From IMG/VR virus record IMGVR_UViG_3300002038_000006, positions 119,480 through 183,479 of that record: 64,000 nucleotides of DNA; one strand, 5' to 3'. The position numbers were made by a program, and so were the translations under genes. The first letter of the stretch is position 1; each line of letters starts with the position of its first letter. Of the stretch, positions 1 to 8,523 are shown one piece after another. This DNA comes from a virus. The notes below the pieces were generated by a model. That model was given only the letters and a program-made list of their open reading frames with translations. It was not told where the DNA came from and searched no databases.

Positions 1-233
1 TCATAATCGGCAAGTGATAAAGTACCATCATGTTTATCGGTTTCGAGAACCTGAACCTTTAAACGGGCAGACCATTTAGTGTAACTACCGCAATTGATAC
101 AAAGACAAGAATTGGCTGGAACATTCACGTATTCCTTCTTGCCTTGTACAGAGACGCCTTTCTTGGTATTTACAATGTGTGGAGACTTACAACTCGAACA
201 CACGTAACTTATCTTACCGCCTTTACTCAACAT
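1..233 (-). CDS. Zinc-ribbon protein, runs off the window start
   Basis: Manual translation MLSKGGKISYVCSSCKSP...CLCINCGSYTKW shows two CxxC pairs; not in the ORF track. Confidence 0.55.
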   Translation of the reverse strand, partial: MLSKGGKISYVCSSCKSPHIVNTKKGVSVQGKKEYVNVPANSCLCINCGSYTKWSARLKVQVLETDKHDGTLSLADY

Positions 234-828
234 CAGCTTTGTCCTCTGTCCACAGATTAAAGTAGTCAACACCGCTTTCATCTTTGGTTATATGTTGCTC
301 CACTAAGTCCCAACGTACAGTATCATCACATAGTGAGATATGGTCAAAGTGTCCACCAAGTGTAGTTAGAGAATCAACTGTCGAGCGCTTATCGTGAGAG
401 TTTAATAGCACTAGTCTATTGTTACCCTCTTTACGCAATTTAGCGTACGTGGTTTTATGACTGGAGAAAATGAAGTCTTCTACTATAACTACATCATAAC
501 CGCTAAAGTCTTCTATCTCACCCTCTACGGCGATGTTAGGTAAGAAGCCTACTGTCTTTTCAGAGAAAGATATAAGTTGGTCTTTTGCAGTTTCATCTCG
601 CACTAAGATAATTGGATTAAGTTGCATTACTTCTTCCAAGAACCTAGCACCTAGACAGGCTGTTAAAGTTAGACCCATTTGACGTATGGTAGAGACAATA
701 AGATGTTTACGGTTAGCCATAGCAGATACTATAGCGTACTGTGTACTTGTCGGGGTTATTGTCTTGTTCCACACAGTAGTTAATTTTGCTTTGCTAACAA
801 ATGATTCAGTGCTGATAAACTCAGTCAT
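223..828 (-). CDS. Degenerate terminase-ATPase/SF2-like domain protein
   Basis: Q..IV...HLIVSTIRQMGLT resembles the terminase Walker A (RQxGKS) without the Lys; YDVVIVED is Walker B-like. Confidence 0.5.
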   Translation of the reverse strand: MTEFISTESFVSKAKLTTVWNKTITPTSTQYAIVSAMANRKHLIVSTIRQMGLTLTACLGARFLEEVMQLNPIILVRDETAKDQLISFSEKTVGFLPNIAVEGEIEDFSGYDVVIVEDFIFSSHKTTYAKLRKEGNNRLVLLNSHDKRSTVDSLTTLGGHFDHISLCDDTVRWDLVEQHITKDESGVDYFNLWTEDKADVE

Positions 829-983
829 TGTATTCTTCCCTTTAAAGAGTAACTACATAGCCCATAGTACCAACCAAACCAATTAAGGTAACGATACAAA
901 AAGAGCCAGCTATTTTTTGCTGCTGGACAGCCAAGTTTAGCATCGATGTATATACGCATGATGCCGTCATATATAGATTTCAT
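825..983 (-). CDS. Small hypothetical protein (52 aa)
   Basis: Manual ORF MKSIYDGIMRIY...KGRIQ; stop overlaps the next start (ATGA). Confidence 0.5.
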   Translation of the reverse strand: MKSIYDGIMRIYIDAKLGCPAAKNSWLFLYRYLNWFGWYYGLCSYSLKGRIQ

Positions 984-997
984 GATTATTTTTTCCC

Positions 998-1549
998 TTA
1001 CCACTTAGAACCAGCCACAGTGAAAGCGCTATTGACAATGGTATCTCTCGTAAGACCGATATCGTGATTTATAAATTGTACATAAGGAGTTAGTGCTTGA
1101 CTGTAGTCACCTGCAAACACAATCTCTCTTGTTTTAATTGAATAGTGAATCTCACGCAAAGAGTAATAAGGTATCGAACAGAATACTTCATTGAGAAGCT
1201 TTTCCACCCCGTACCATATCTTATTCATTATATCTTCAACGTACTCACCAGTAACTAGAGATACGCCCTTTGTTTGGACATAGCCCCACCCGTAGAAATC
1301 GTCCTGTACATTCCCCATAGGGTCTCGAATATACATAGCTTTCCTAAGACACATCTCTAGCAATGTAGCCATAACTTCGTCTTCAGTTCTATTAACAGTA
1401 ACCCAATTACTGTATAAACTCGGCAGAAAGTACAGGGACTCGACGACAACTTTCTTGCCATCGTTTGTCCCTGCTATATCTGTCATGGAACCTATCATCA
1501 GTTTCATTGACGAATCTACGACTTTAACTCTACAGTCGCGTGTTCTCAT
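998..1549 (-). CDS. Hypothetical protein
   Basis: 183-aa ORF with GAAGGGGA RBS, tightly packed. Confidence 0.7.
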   Translation of the reverse strand: MRTRDCRVKVVDSSMKLMIGSMTDIAGTNDGKKVVVESLYFLPSLYSNWVTVNRTEDEVMATLLEMCLRKAMYIRDPMGNVQDDFYGWGYVQTKGVSLVTGEYVEDIMNKIWYGVEKLLNEVFCSIPYYSLREIHYSIKTREIVFAGDYSQALTPYVQFINHDIGLTRDTIVNSAFTVAGSKW

Positions 1550-1563
1550 AGGTCCCCTTCAAG

Positions 1564-2292
1564 TTACGGGTTGTGGTTAAGTTGTACCACAGAGTTCTTA
1601 ACGAAACGGATAGCATCATCTAGACTCATCTCATCATATTCTTCAGAGGATGTTAAATCGCTAGAGTAAGTCCAGCCATCTTCAGCTAATCCAAGTTCTG
1701 TGTATTCCACATTACCAGTCTTCTTATCTTTCTTGCTAGTAGCAATTAAAATACTAGCACCATCAAGAGAAGCTTCAGCCCAAGGCATTTCAGTAAAGTT
1801 CTTACGAACGAATACTTTTTCCTGTTGGAATAAAACAAACTCAACTGACTTCTTGTGGTCCCATGTAGCAGAAGCTTTAGTAACGTCTGGAATAACAAGG
1901 TCGGTGAAGACTTCGTAGTTTGTACTTGTTGTCAATGATGTACTATAGACACGTTCAAATACTGGTGCGCCCATAACCATATTGCCACAGAAGTAATTGA
2001 CGTTTTGTGGTAACTTCAGTGCAGTGTCAGCAGGCAGTTCGTTTAATACGTCCACTAACTCAACTTCTACAATCCAAGTCGTTTCAGCGAACTTGGTTGT
2101 CTTGCTAGGAATGAAAGTTACTTCATCAATATAACCAGTTAGGATTTTCTTCCCGCACACTGGCTCTTCTATTTTACATTCCTCACCCTCGTTACGTTTA
2201 AGTAACTCAGCGAATGCTTGGGTTGTTCGGCGTTCAAAGTTAAATATAACCTTGTCACCGTTTACTTCGTAATAGAATGACATAGCGTCCAC
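1564..2292 (-). CDS. Hypothetical protein
   Basis: 242-aa ORF, GTG start after GGGAG. Confidence 0.7.
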   Translation of the reverse strand: MDAMSFYYEVNGDKVIFNFERRTTQAFAELLKRNEGEECKIEEPVCGKKILTGYIDEVTFIPSKTTKFAETTWIVEVELVDVLNELPADTALKLPQNVNYFCGNMVMGAPVFERVYSTSLTTSTNYEVFTDLVIPDVTKASATWDHKKSVEFVLFQQEKVFVRKNFTEMPWAEASLDGASILIATSKKDKKTGNVEYTELGLAEDGWTYSSDLTSSEEYDEMSLDDAIRFVKNSVVQLNHNP

Positions 2293-2309
2293 TTCTCCCG
2301 ATATATTTT

Positions 2310-3278
2310 TTATTTTTTAACGACGCCAACGACCAACCCGGCGTCTACAACTAATAAGCTCGTAAGCTTTTTATTCTCCATGACTTCCATAGCGTCTCCA
2401 AAACGAATTCTTGGATGACAGCATTCAGGACGTCTAGTCATAGAATCGTAGATATTAGGGTCACTTTGGTTATGTGTCTCTTCTATAAATCTACGAACGT
2501 CGCCATCAGTGATAATTCCTATTACATCGGTAGGTGTACCAATGATAGCTAGACCTAGTTTACCTTTACTCATTTCACACATTAAATCCATTGGATTGGT
2601 ATGCTCACGAACGAAAGGTAAGTTTTCTGTAACCATTACATCTTCTACACGGTGTAATAGCTTTTTACCAAGTGCACCACCCGGATGAAATCTTGCGAAG
2701 TCTTCTGGCTGGAAATCACGTGCTCTTAACAAAGCAACTGTAATAGCATCACCCATTACCATAGCTGCTGTAGTAGAACTAGTAGGAGCAAGTTGTAGAG
2801 GACATGCTTCTTTTGTTACACCAGTTCTTAAACTAACTGTAGCTGCTTTGGCTAGAGGGTTATCGTGATTCTTAGTAAACGAAATAATGACGTTACCATT
2901 GTCCTCAAGGAAAGGTAGTAACTTCAATACTTCTTCTGTTGTCCCCGAATTACTTAGAGCGAGGAAAACATCATTCGGTTGCACCATACCTAAGTCACCA
3001 TGAAAGGCTTCTCCGGGATGCATGAAGAATGAGGGTGTACCTGTAGATGCAAGACTAGATGCTAGTTTCTTACCTACAATACCAGACTTACCCATACCGC
3101 AGACAATTACCCGTCCATCGGTATCTAGGATATGTTTGATAGCTAGATGAAAGTTAGGGGCATCGTCCCTTAGATTCTCAGCCATCTCTTTCAAGCCATC
3201 TATTTCACAGTAGATAGCCTCTAAACCATTTAGGCTAGCCTCTACTACTATATTGTCTAACTCAGTGTTAGTCCGCAT
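2310..3278 (-). CDS. kdsD: Arabinose-5-phosphate isomerase (KdsD/KpsF/GutQ), SIS + CBS domains
   Basis: GMGKSG, STGTPSFFMHPGEAFHGDLG, SNSG, KEACPLQLAPTSST, DFARFHPGGALG, C-terminal CBS pair (GIITDGDVRR). Confidence 0.95.
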   Translation of the reverse strand: MRTNTELDNIVVEASLNGLEAIYCEIDGLKEMAENLRDDAPNFHLAIKHILDTDGRVIVCGMGKSGIVGKKLASSLASTGTPSFFMHPGEAFHGDLGMVQPNDVFLALSNSGTTEEVLKLLPFLEDNGNVIISFTKNHDNPLAKAATVSLRTGVTKEACPLQLAPTSSTTAAMVMGDAITVALLRARDFQPEDFARFHPGGALGKKLLHRVEDVMVTENLPFVREHTNPMDLMCEMSKGKLGLAIIGTPTDVIGIITDGDVRRFIEETHNQSDPNIYDSMTRRPECCHPRIRFGDAMEVMENKKLTSLLVVDAGLVVGVVKK

Positions 3279-4068
3279 GACGTTTCCCCATTCTTAATAC
3301 AGCATCATCATAGTCCTGTTGGGTATCTATCCCGTGCTTCGGTTCTATTGCTGCTGTGATAACCTTTATAGACATACCGTTCTCTAATGCCCTTAGCTGT
3401 TCTAAGCCTTCGGTTTTTTCTAAAGTAGACGGTGGTAACTTACTGAACTTCTTAAGAGTTTTGACAGTGTAAGCATAAATACCGACATGTCTGTAATTAT
3501 TATACCCATCCACAGTGTTACGGATGAATGGTGCTTGTCCCCTAGTAAATAGAAGAGCTCTACCATTTACACCTGTGATAACTTTCACTACATTTATATT
3601 GGATACGTCTGAGACATCAGTGATGACAGTTCGCATCGTATAGATGTCTGCATCCCCTGCTTCTGCTGCATAAGCTAATTGCTTTACTAAACATGGGTCT
3701 AGTTCAGGTTCGTCACCTTGAATGTTAAGAACGATAGTGTCGTCCGTTAAGCCCATCTTAATACATGCTTCTAAAACTCTGTCCGTACCTGATGCATGGA
3801 ACGGGTTAGTAAGTACGGATTGTATACCGTGCTTAGTCATTGCGTCTTTAGTAGAGCCGTAATCAACTGCTACCATGAAATTCTTATCTTTAAACCCAGC
3901 TTTCTTACAAACCTGAGCAACGTGCCAAAGAATTGGCTTACCATTGATTGGTAACAATACCTTTCCGGGTAATCTAGAAGAACCTATCCTTGCAGGGACA
4001 ATCGCAACTGTTCCAGCTCTTCTCTTTATTCCCAATACAACTAGTATTGATTCCAGTAACCTTTTCAT
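3268..4068 (-). CDS. kdsB: CMP-Kdo synthetase (3-deoxy-manno-octulosonate cytidylyltransferase)
   Basis: IVPARIGSSRLPGK, SGTDR, NIQGDEP, RHVGIYAY, LEQLRALENG, GIDT; start moved to the ATG at 4068 after a GAGG RBS. Confidence 0.95.
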   Translation of the reverse strand: MKRLLESILVVLGIKRRAGTVAIVPARIGSSRLPGKVLLPINGKPILWHVAQVCKKAGFKDKNFMVAVDYGSTKDAMTKHGIQSVLTNPFHASGTDRVLEACIKMGLTDDTIVLNIQGDEPELDPCLVKQLAYAAEAGDADIYTMRTVITDVSDVSNINVVKVITGVNGRALLFTRGQAPFIRNTVDGYNNYRHVGIYAYTVKTLKKFSKLPPSTLEKTEGLEQLRALENGMSIKVITAAIEPKHGIDTQQDYDDAVLRMGKRHAD

Positions 4069-4103
4069 TTTAACCTCGGATGGAAGTGACCTATAGGGTA
4101 AGG

Positions 4104-4122
4104 GTAATATGTATATTAATTT
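4104..4122 (-). promoter_or_regulatory. Early-type phage promoter motif upstream of kdsB
   Basis: AAATTAATATACATATTAC; similar motif at 16764, 24424, 33926, 36978, 59198; resembles the phiKZ early TATATTAC element. Confidence 0.55.
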
Positions 4123-4128
4123 ACCTAG

Positions 4129-4320
4129 GCAGCATAAGTGGCAGTCCGTTAGGACCGCCACCGATACTTAACCACAGGAGATAAAAATTACAAACTTCAG
4201 AAACTAAAAGTCACTTCGGTAGGTTGAGGCCTAGTGTTCATGGAGTAAACTCATTGGTCTCGGGGTTTTCTTTTAACGTTTTTCATGAAACTGGAGAGGG
4301 TAATGAGTCCTCTCCTATAT
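4129..4320 (-). ncRNA. Candidate ~190-nt small RNA
   Basis: Promoter-like motif at 4315-4343; 5' hairpin GGAGAGG/CCUCUCC; terminal hairpin GUGGCGGUCC/GGACUGCCAC; only tiny ORFs without an RBS start inside. Confidence 0.4.
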
Positions 4321-4365
4321 AATAAGATTAACTGTGTATTTTTTATACAGGGCTTTTGCTTAGAC

Positions 4366-4442
4366 AAAAAAATAAGTGGGGGATAGTCGACATCCCCACT
4401 TATGCTTACTCTGAATAGAAAGGAAAAGGAATTAAACCTCTC
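4366..4442 (-). ncRNA. Candidate ~75-nt small RNA with anti-SD-like seed
   Basis: Promoter-like motif at 4441-4470 followed directly by UUCCUUUUCCUUUCU and an intrinsic terminator. Confidence 0.35.
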
Positions 4443-4472
4443 TATAATATTAACTCGGGTAAGTATTTTTTA

Positions 4473-4898
4473 TTAGTCGCGTTTAGATGGATTTAGAAAC
4501 AATGATGTAGATACTACCTGTTCCATGTCGAACTTGACAGATATTAGTCTAGCTAGTTCTTCTATACTAAGGAAGTAATGGTCATTGGTACAAGTCATAC
4601 GCATTGACATCTGAGTTTTGTTCAGACTTCTGTAAGTATCAGGATTACGCTCGAAGGTATTTACCTTACGTTCCAATTCAAGATATACACTATCTATAAC
4701 TTCAACTAGAGTTTCGGTATCGGTAGTCTTCTCGCAATAACCTTCAGTTATTTTAATATCGCTACCAACAACCTGAGCTCTACCTATCCCATGTTTAGCC
4801 ATTTCAATAGCTGTATCACGACGTTGCTTTATAAGAGCCATTGCTCCCATTAACATCATCGCATTACCAGCCATCTTTATCTCGTTAAGCAAAATCAT
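4473..4898 (-). CDS. Hypothetical protein, paralog of 4899-5252
   Basis: Both share MGA(M/L), T(E/T)TL(V/I)E(V/I)(I/L)D..YL, LN...M..TC....Y..SI..(L/M)A. Confidence 0.75.
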   Translation of the reverse strand: MILLNEIKMAGNAMMLMGAMALIKQRRDTAIEMAKHGIGRAQVVGSDIKITEGYCEKTTDTETLVEVIDSVYLELERKVNTFERNPDTYRSLNKTQMSMRMTCTNDHYFLSIEELARLISVKFDMEQVVSTSLFLNPSKRD

Positions 4899-5252
4899 TT
4901 ACATTTTACCGAAAGCTTTAATGAACTTGGAGTTACTATCCACCATGTCCTCTTCTATCTCGATGCCTAGCTCTTCAGCCATGATACGTATACTATCCAT
5001 ATAGCGATAGATGTTACAAGTACGCTTCATGGTTGTTAGTTTAGAGTTTAACGTTTTAGACTTCTTTAAAGCTTCGTTTATCTCTGCGTGCATCGCTAGA
5101 TACTTTCTATCTAGAATTTCAATTAGGGTAGTTGTATCACAACGTATTATTCTACCCTTAGTAAATGCTTTGGCTTCATTGCGCTTCAGGTAGAGGAACG
5201 ACAAGGCTCCCATTGTTACTAAAGCATCATCTGCTACTTTTACACTACTCAT
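4899..5252 (-). CDS. Hypothetical protein, paralog of 4473-4898
   Basis: Same shared motifs; AAGGA RBS. Confidence 0.75.
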   Translation of the reverse strand: MSSVKVADDALVTMGALSFLYLKRNEAKAFTKGRIIRCDTTTLIEILDRKYLAMHAEINEALKKSKTLNSKLTTMKRTCNIYRYMDSIRIMAEELGIEIEEDMVDSNSKFIKAFGKM

Positions 5253-5321
5253 TGTTATTCTTCCTTACTTTTAAATACATTTCTATATAATCACTGAGTT
5301 GCGTAATAATTTACTTTTTCT

Positions 5322-5750
5322 ATGATTACAACCAACAGGAGACACAAGGTGAAAGAAGTCACTATTGGCAATATCAAACTCGTCGACCTAGAGCGGATGA
5401 TTGACGGGCTTAAACTATTTAAGTTAGCCGAAGAGCACAGAGATGATGATTTTCCGGAACATCCAGTTCCAAATGGATTCATCGTTAATGGTGCGTCGGT
5501 GCCTAAGTTCTTAAGAGATATTATCTCACCTACGGGTGAACTATTCCGTGCGTCTGTGCCACATGATTATTTCTACGCTACCAAGGTAGTTAGTCGTGCC
5601 ACAGCAGATAGAATTTTCAGAAAGATTGTTTTAGACGATACAGGGAATGCGTTCCTTGCATGGGGAGCTTGGTTAGTCCTACGTTTATTCGGTCGCTCGT
5701 TCTGGAAGAAAGCAGGCACTGTTATCGAACAGGTATACCTAGAAGCATAA
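5322..5750 (+). CDS. DUF1353-family protein
   Basis: VPNGFIVNGASVP...ASVPHDYFY...SRATADRIF...VLRLFG. Confidence 0.8.
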   Translation: MITTNRRHKVKEVTIGNIKLVDLERMIDGLKLFKLAEEHRDDDFPEHPVPNGFIVNGASVPKFLRDIISPTGELFRASVPHDYFYATKVVSRATADRIFRKIVLDDTGNAFLAWGAWLVLRLFGRSFWKKAGTVIEQVYLEA

Positions 5751-5760
5751 GGAGTAGACC

Positions 5761-6306
5761 ATGTCAATAACTACGGCGATTTGTTATTTAGATACTGACG
5801 GAAAGGTCGTCGGGTTAAATTACGAATCTACTCAGTTCAATGTTAAAGAAGGGACGGTTACCGAAATAACTAAACCATACCCTTTTACCAGAGTCTTCCC
5901 TATCGAGTTCTTATTGGTAGATGCAGAGACTGGTGACATTCGTGTATACACTCATGAAGAAGTTGTCTTTATGGCATCTGTCGAAGAGGGTGAGATTGCA
6001 CGTGACGCATACATCGAAGCGGAAATTATCGTTCACGATGGTGTGTGGAAGATGTTGGATAAAGATAGAGCTAATATTCAAGATGGTATAGATGAAGCTG
6101 CTATGGCTAATCTACCTGACGATTTCAAGCAGAACTGGATTATGGCTAACGGAAGTATTTTCGAAGCTACTCCATTAAAGCTTGCTCAGGTACTATCTGC
6201 ATACCGTGCTCGTAAACAAGCAATCTACAACGAATATATTGGATGGTTGCAGTCAGGTGCTAGTGGTGAGTTTACAAGCTCAGTAACTAACACGTATACG
6301 TTCTAA
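5761..6306 (+). CDS. DUF4376-like tail-fibre assembly/chaperone protein
   Basis: W..DKDRANI...NWIMANGS...L..V pattern; lies in the fibre module. Confidence 0.55.
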   Translation: MSITTAICYLDTDGKVVGLNYESTQFNVKEGTVTEITKPYPFTRVFPIEFLLVDAETGDIRVYTHEEVVFMASVEEGEIARDAYIEAEIIVHDGVWKMLDKDRANIQDGIDEAAMANLPDDFKQNWIMANGSIFEATPLKLAQVLSAYRARKQAIYNEYIGWLQSGASGEFTSSVTNTYTF

Positions 6307-6310
6307 GGGG

Positions 6311-6928
6311 ATGAATTTTATGGGCACTAATGTCGTAAAAGTTCGTAATGGCCTTGAACAAGACAGACCGAATATAACTCCCGGTGTTGGCGAGTGGATT
6401 TATGCTACGGACTCTAAACGTACCTACATGGGTGACGGTGCCACTGTAGGTGGTGTTAGTCTTAGTAAGAAACACTTTGAAGTCGACACTGCGGCAGATA
6501 TAGCTTCCTTACAATTTGTTAGAGATGGAGATACTTGTGATACCACAGATACTAGTGATGTGTTTATGCGCGTCAATGGTACTTGGATAAATATCTATAG
6601 TCCTACTGTACCACCTCTCGTGTGGGCAAATGCTACTCTAAGCAGTGGTTGGGATAACTACGATAATGGGATGTCTAAGGTACGTTACGCTAAGCAAGGT
6701 AATGTAGTACTACTTGAAGGTGGTAGTAAGCGAGATGATAAACGGAGTACTGATACGGTACTTACTTTACCTGTAGGGTTTAGACCACAGTATGCTATTA
6801 CCATTCCAGTATGGGGTGAGAAAGGCGTAATGCGTTTAGACATACAACCCAATGGTGAAGTCATCTTGCAAAAGAACGGCACTATCAAGTGGGTATCTTT
6901 CAACATTCAATTTCCAATAGGGGGCTAG
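6311..6928 (+). CDS. Short tail-fibre/receptor-binding-like protein
   Basis: N-terminal Mtd-N/hyaluronidase-N-like motif GEWIYATDSKRTYMGDGATVGG; C-terminal RBP head-like motif LSSGW..VRYAKQGNVVLLEG..TLPVGFRP. Confidence 0.65.
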   Translation: MNFMGTNVVKVRNGLEQDRPNITPGVGEWIYATDSKRTYMGDGATVGGVSLSKKHFEVDTAADIASLQFVRDGDTCDTTDTSDVFMRVNGTWINIYSPTVPPLVWANATLSSGWDNYDNGMSKVRYAKQGNVVLLEGGSKRDDKRSTDTVLTLPVGFRPQYAITIPVWGEKGVMRLDIQPNGEVILQKNGTIKWVSFNIQFPIGG

Positions 6929-6931
6929 GAC

Positions 6932-7588
6932 ATGACTGTAACAAATAGAACCATGCGTTTCGGTAGAGCCATGTCTTTGAATATTGGTACTGAACCTACA
7001 GTAGTTGTTCCTGAAGGGGTAATAGCTATCGATTCAACTGAGAAGATTATTGTTCTTGGTGATGGTAAGACTGTAGGTGGTATTGATATACCCGGTAAGG
7101 TTTGGGAATTCGGAACGATAGAAGAAGCCAACACTGCTCGCTTAACTGTTGGAGACTACGTGTTAGTTGACAACGATAAATTCTGGGCAGTTGGTGATAT
7201 CGAAATAGTTGAAGTAGAACTTATCACCGAAGTTGAATATGAGGAAGAGGCATCTGCTTCACTACCAGCGAAAGACTGGGAAAACCTCTCTCTGTTTAAC
7301 GGATGGGATATGAGTGACGATTCTGTCGGTAATGCTAAGGTACGTAAAGATGGTAACTTTGTAACCATTGATGCGGTTATGGAAAAGAAGAACTGGGCTG
7401 ACTGGTCTCCTTTCCGTTTACCTGAGTGGGCAAGGCCTTCAAAAGTCGTTTACACTACAGTAGAACTAAATCAAGGTAGGGGCACAGACCCTCTGGTAAT
7501 TTATCCAGATGGTTATCTCTATCCTCGTAAGTCTTACAGTAGAACGCTAAGTCGTTTCTCAATACAGATTACTTTCTATCTTTATTAG
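6932..7588 (+). CDS. Second short tail-fibre/RBP-like paralog
   Basis: EGVIAIDSTEKIIVLGDGKTVGG; LFNGW..VRKDGNFVTI..LPEWARP. Confidence 0.65.
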   Translation: MTVTNRTMRFGRAMSLNIGTEPTVVVPEGVIAIDSTEKIIVLGDGKTVGGIDIPGKVWEFGTIEEANTARLTVGDYVLVDNDKFWAVGDIEIVEVELITEVEYEEEASASLPAKDWENLSLFNGWDMSDDSVGNAKVRKDGNFVTIDAVMEKKNWADWSPFRLPEWARPSKVVYTTVELNQGRGTDPLVIYPDGYLYPRKSYSRTLSRFSIQITFYLY

Positions 7589-7592
7589 AAGG

Positions 7593-7632
7593 CAACATAA
7601 CGAGGAGAGCGTAATGCTCTCCTCTATGCCGT
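7593..7632. terminator. Bidirectional hairpin between convergent genes
   Basis: GAGGAGAGC-GTAAT-GCTCTCCTC flanked by TATGCCG (+) and TATGTTG (-). Confidence 0.75.
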
Positions 7633-7640
7633 ATAGGCTT

Positions 7641-8522
7641 TTATGCATCAATGATGTCAGATACTTTAAAGTTCCAACGTTCACGAATGATGTGCTCTTC
7701 CAAGCTACCCTGTGCTCTATCCGATAACCAGATATTAAATACTACAGGTTTACCAGTGCCATCGCAGTCGTCAACTTTGTGACTGTCTAAGCTAGTGAAC
7801 TTACTCGCATTTAACATTGGAGCATGTGTATCAGAAGGATAGTTACCGTAGATGATTGTTTCGTAAATAACATCAGCCATTGGGAACCATTGTTGATAAG
7901 CATAGCCACCACCTACTACAATCAAGTCCGTGTCCGCTTGGTCAGCAAGTAGAGTAGGAATATCAGGATAGTAGAAATCACCATTACGACTACACGCAGT
8001 CTTCTCACTAACAGTAGTGGTAAGGACAGCGAAGTTACGGTCTGGTAAATCTGGTAGATGTTCGTAGGTGTTACGTCCAACTACTAACAACGCATCTGGG
8101 TTGTGTTTAGTTACACCTTTAAACCATTTAAGGTCTGTAGGGTAATCACGTCCCCAAGGTAAGTCGTCTTTATGACCAATGCCATGGTTGTAGGTACGGG
8201 CCCAGATTAAAGCTATTACACCACTGTGTCCGAAGTGGTCACGTAAAGCAGAACGGTCTACATCAAGGTTCGCATTTTCGTAAGCTATGCCACCCATGGT
8301 AGCAGGTAAGTACGCTTCATGTTCGCAATGAGTACACTTATAAGGAAAGTGTGATTCGTTAACAGACTCACCCATAAGTATCTTTGCTTTATCATTACGA
8401 CGATAGCTACCGTCTTCACAGTTATTACATTTAATAACTTGCATATACGAATTCATTGGAACGCGAATCGTATCTAGTTGGTCTTCTTTAAGAATGACCG
8501 GTTCTTGTTGTTCTTCAGTCAC
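7641..8522 (-). CDS. dfr: Dihydrofolate reductase with N-terminal zinc-ribbon extension
   Basis: IG..DDLPW..PTDLKWFK..T, VVGRNTYE.LP.LPDR, VVGGG..Y; N-terminal CNNC...CTHC. Confidence 0.85.
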   Translation of the reverse strand: MTEEQQEPVILKEDQLDTIRVPMNSYMQVIKCNNCEDGSYRRNDKAKILMGESVNESHFPYKCTHCEHEAYLPATMGGIAYENANLDVDRSALRDHFGHSGVIALIWARTYNHGIGHKDDLPWGRDYPTDLKWFKGVTKHNPDALLVVGRNTYEHLPDLPDRNFAVLTTTVSEKTACSRNGDFYYPDIPTLLADQADTDLIVVGGGYAYQQWFPMADVIYETIIYGNYPSDTHAPMLNASKFTSLDSHKVDDCDGTGKPVVFNIWLSDRAQGSLEEHIIRERWNFKVSDIIDA

Positions 8523-8523
8523 T

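Noticed and set aside
4290-4316. preQ1-I riboswitch (AGAGG/CCCUCU stem, A-rich tail)
   Set aside because: The loop lacks the conserved UUC and the immediate AAAAAACUA tail; not upstream of que genes
6311-7588. Diversity-generating retroelement targets (Mtd-like N-terminus)
   Set aside because: No reverse transcriptase or TR/VR repeat pair seen in the window
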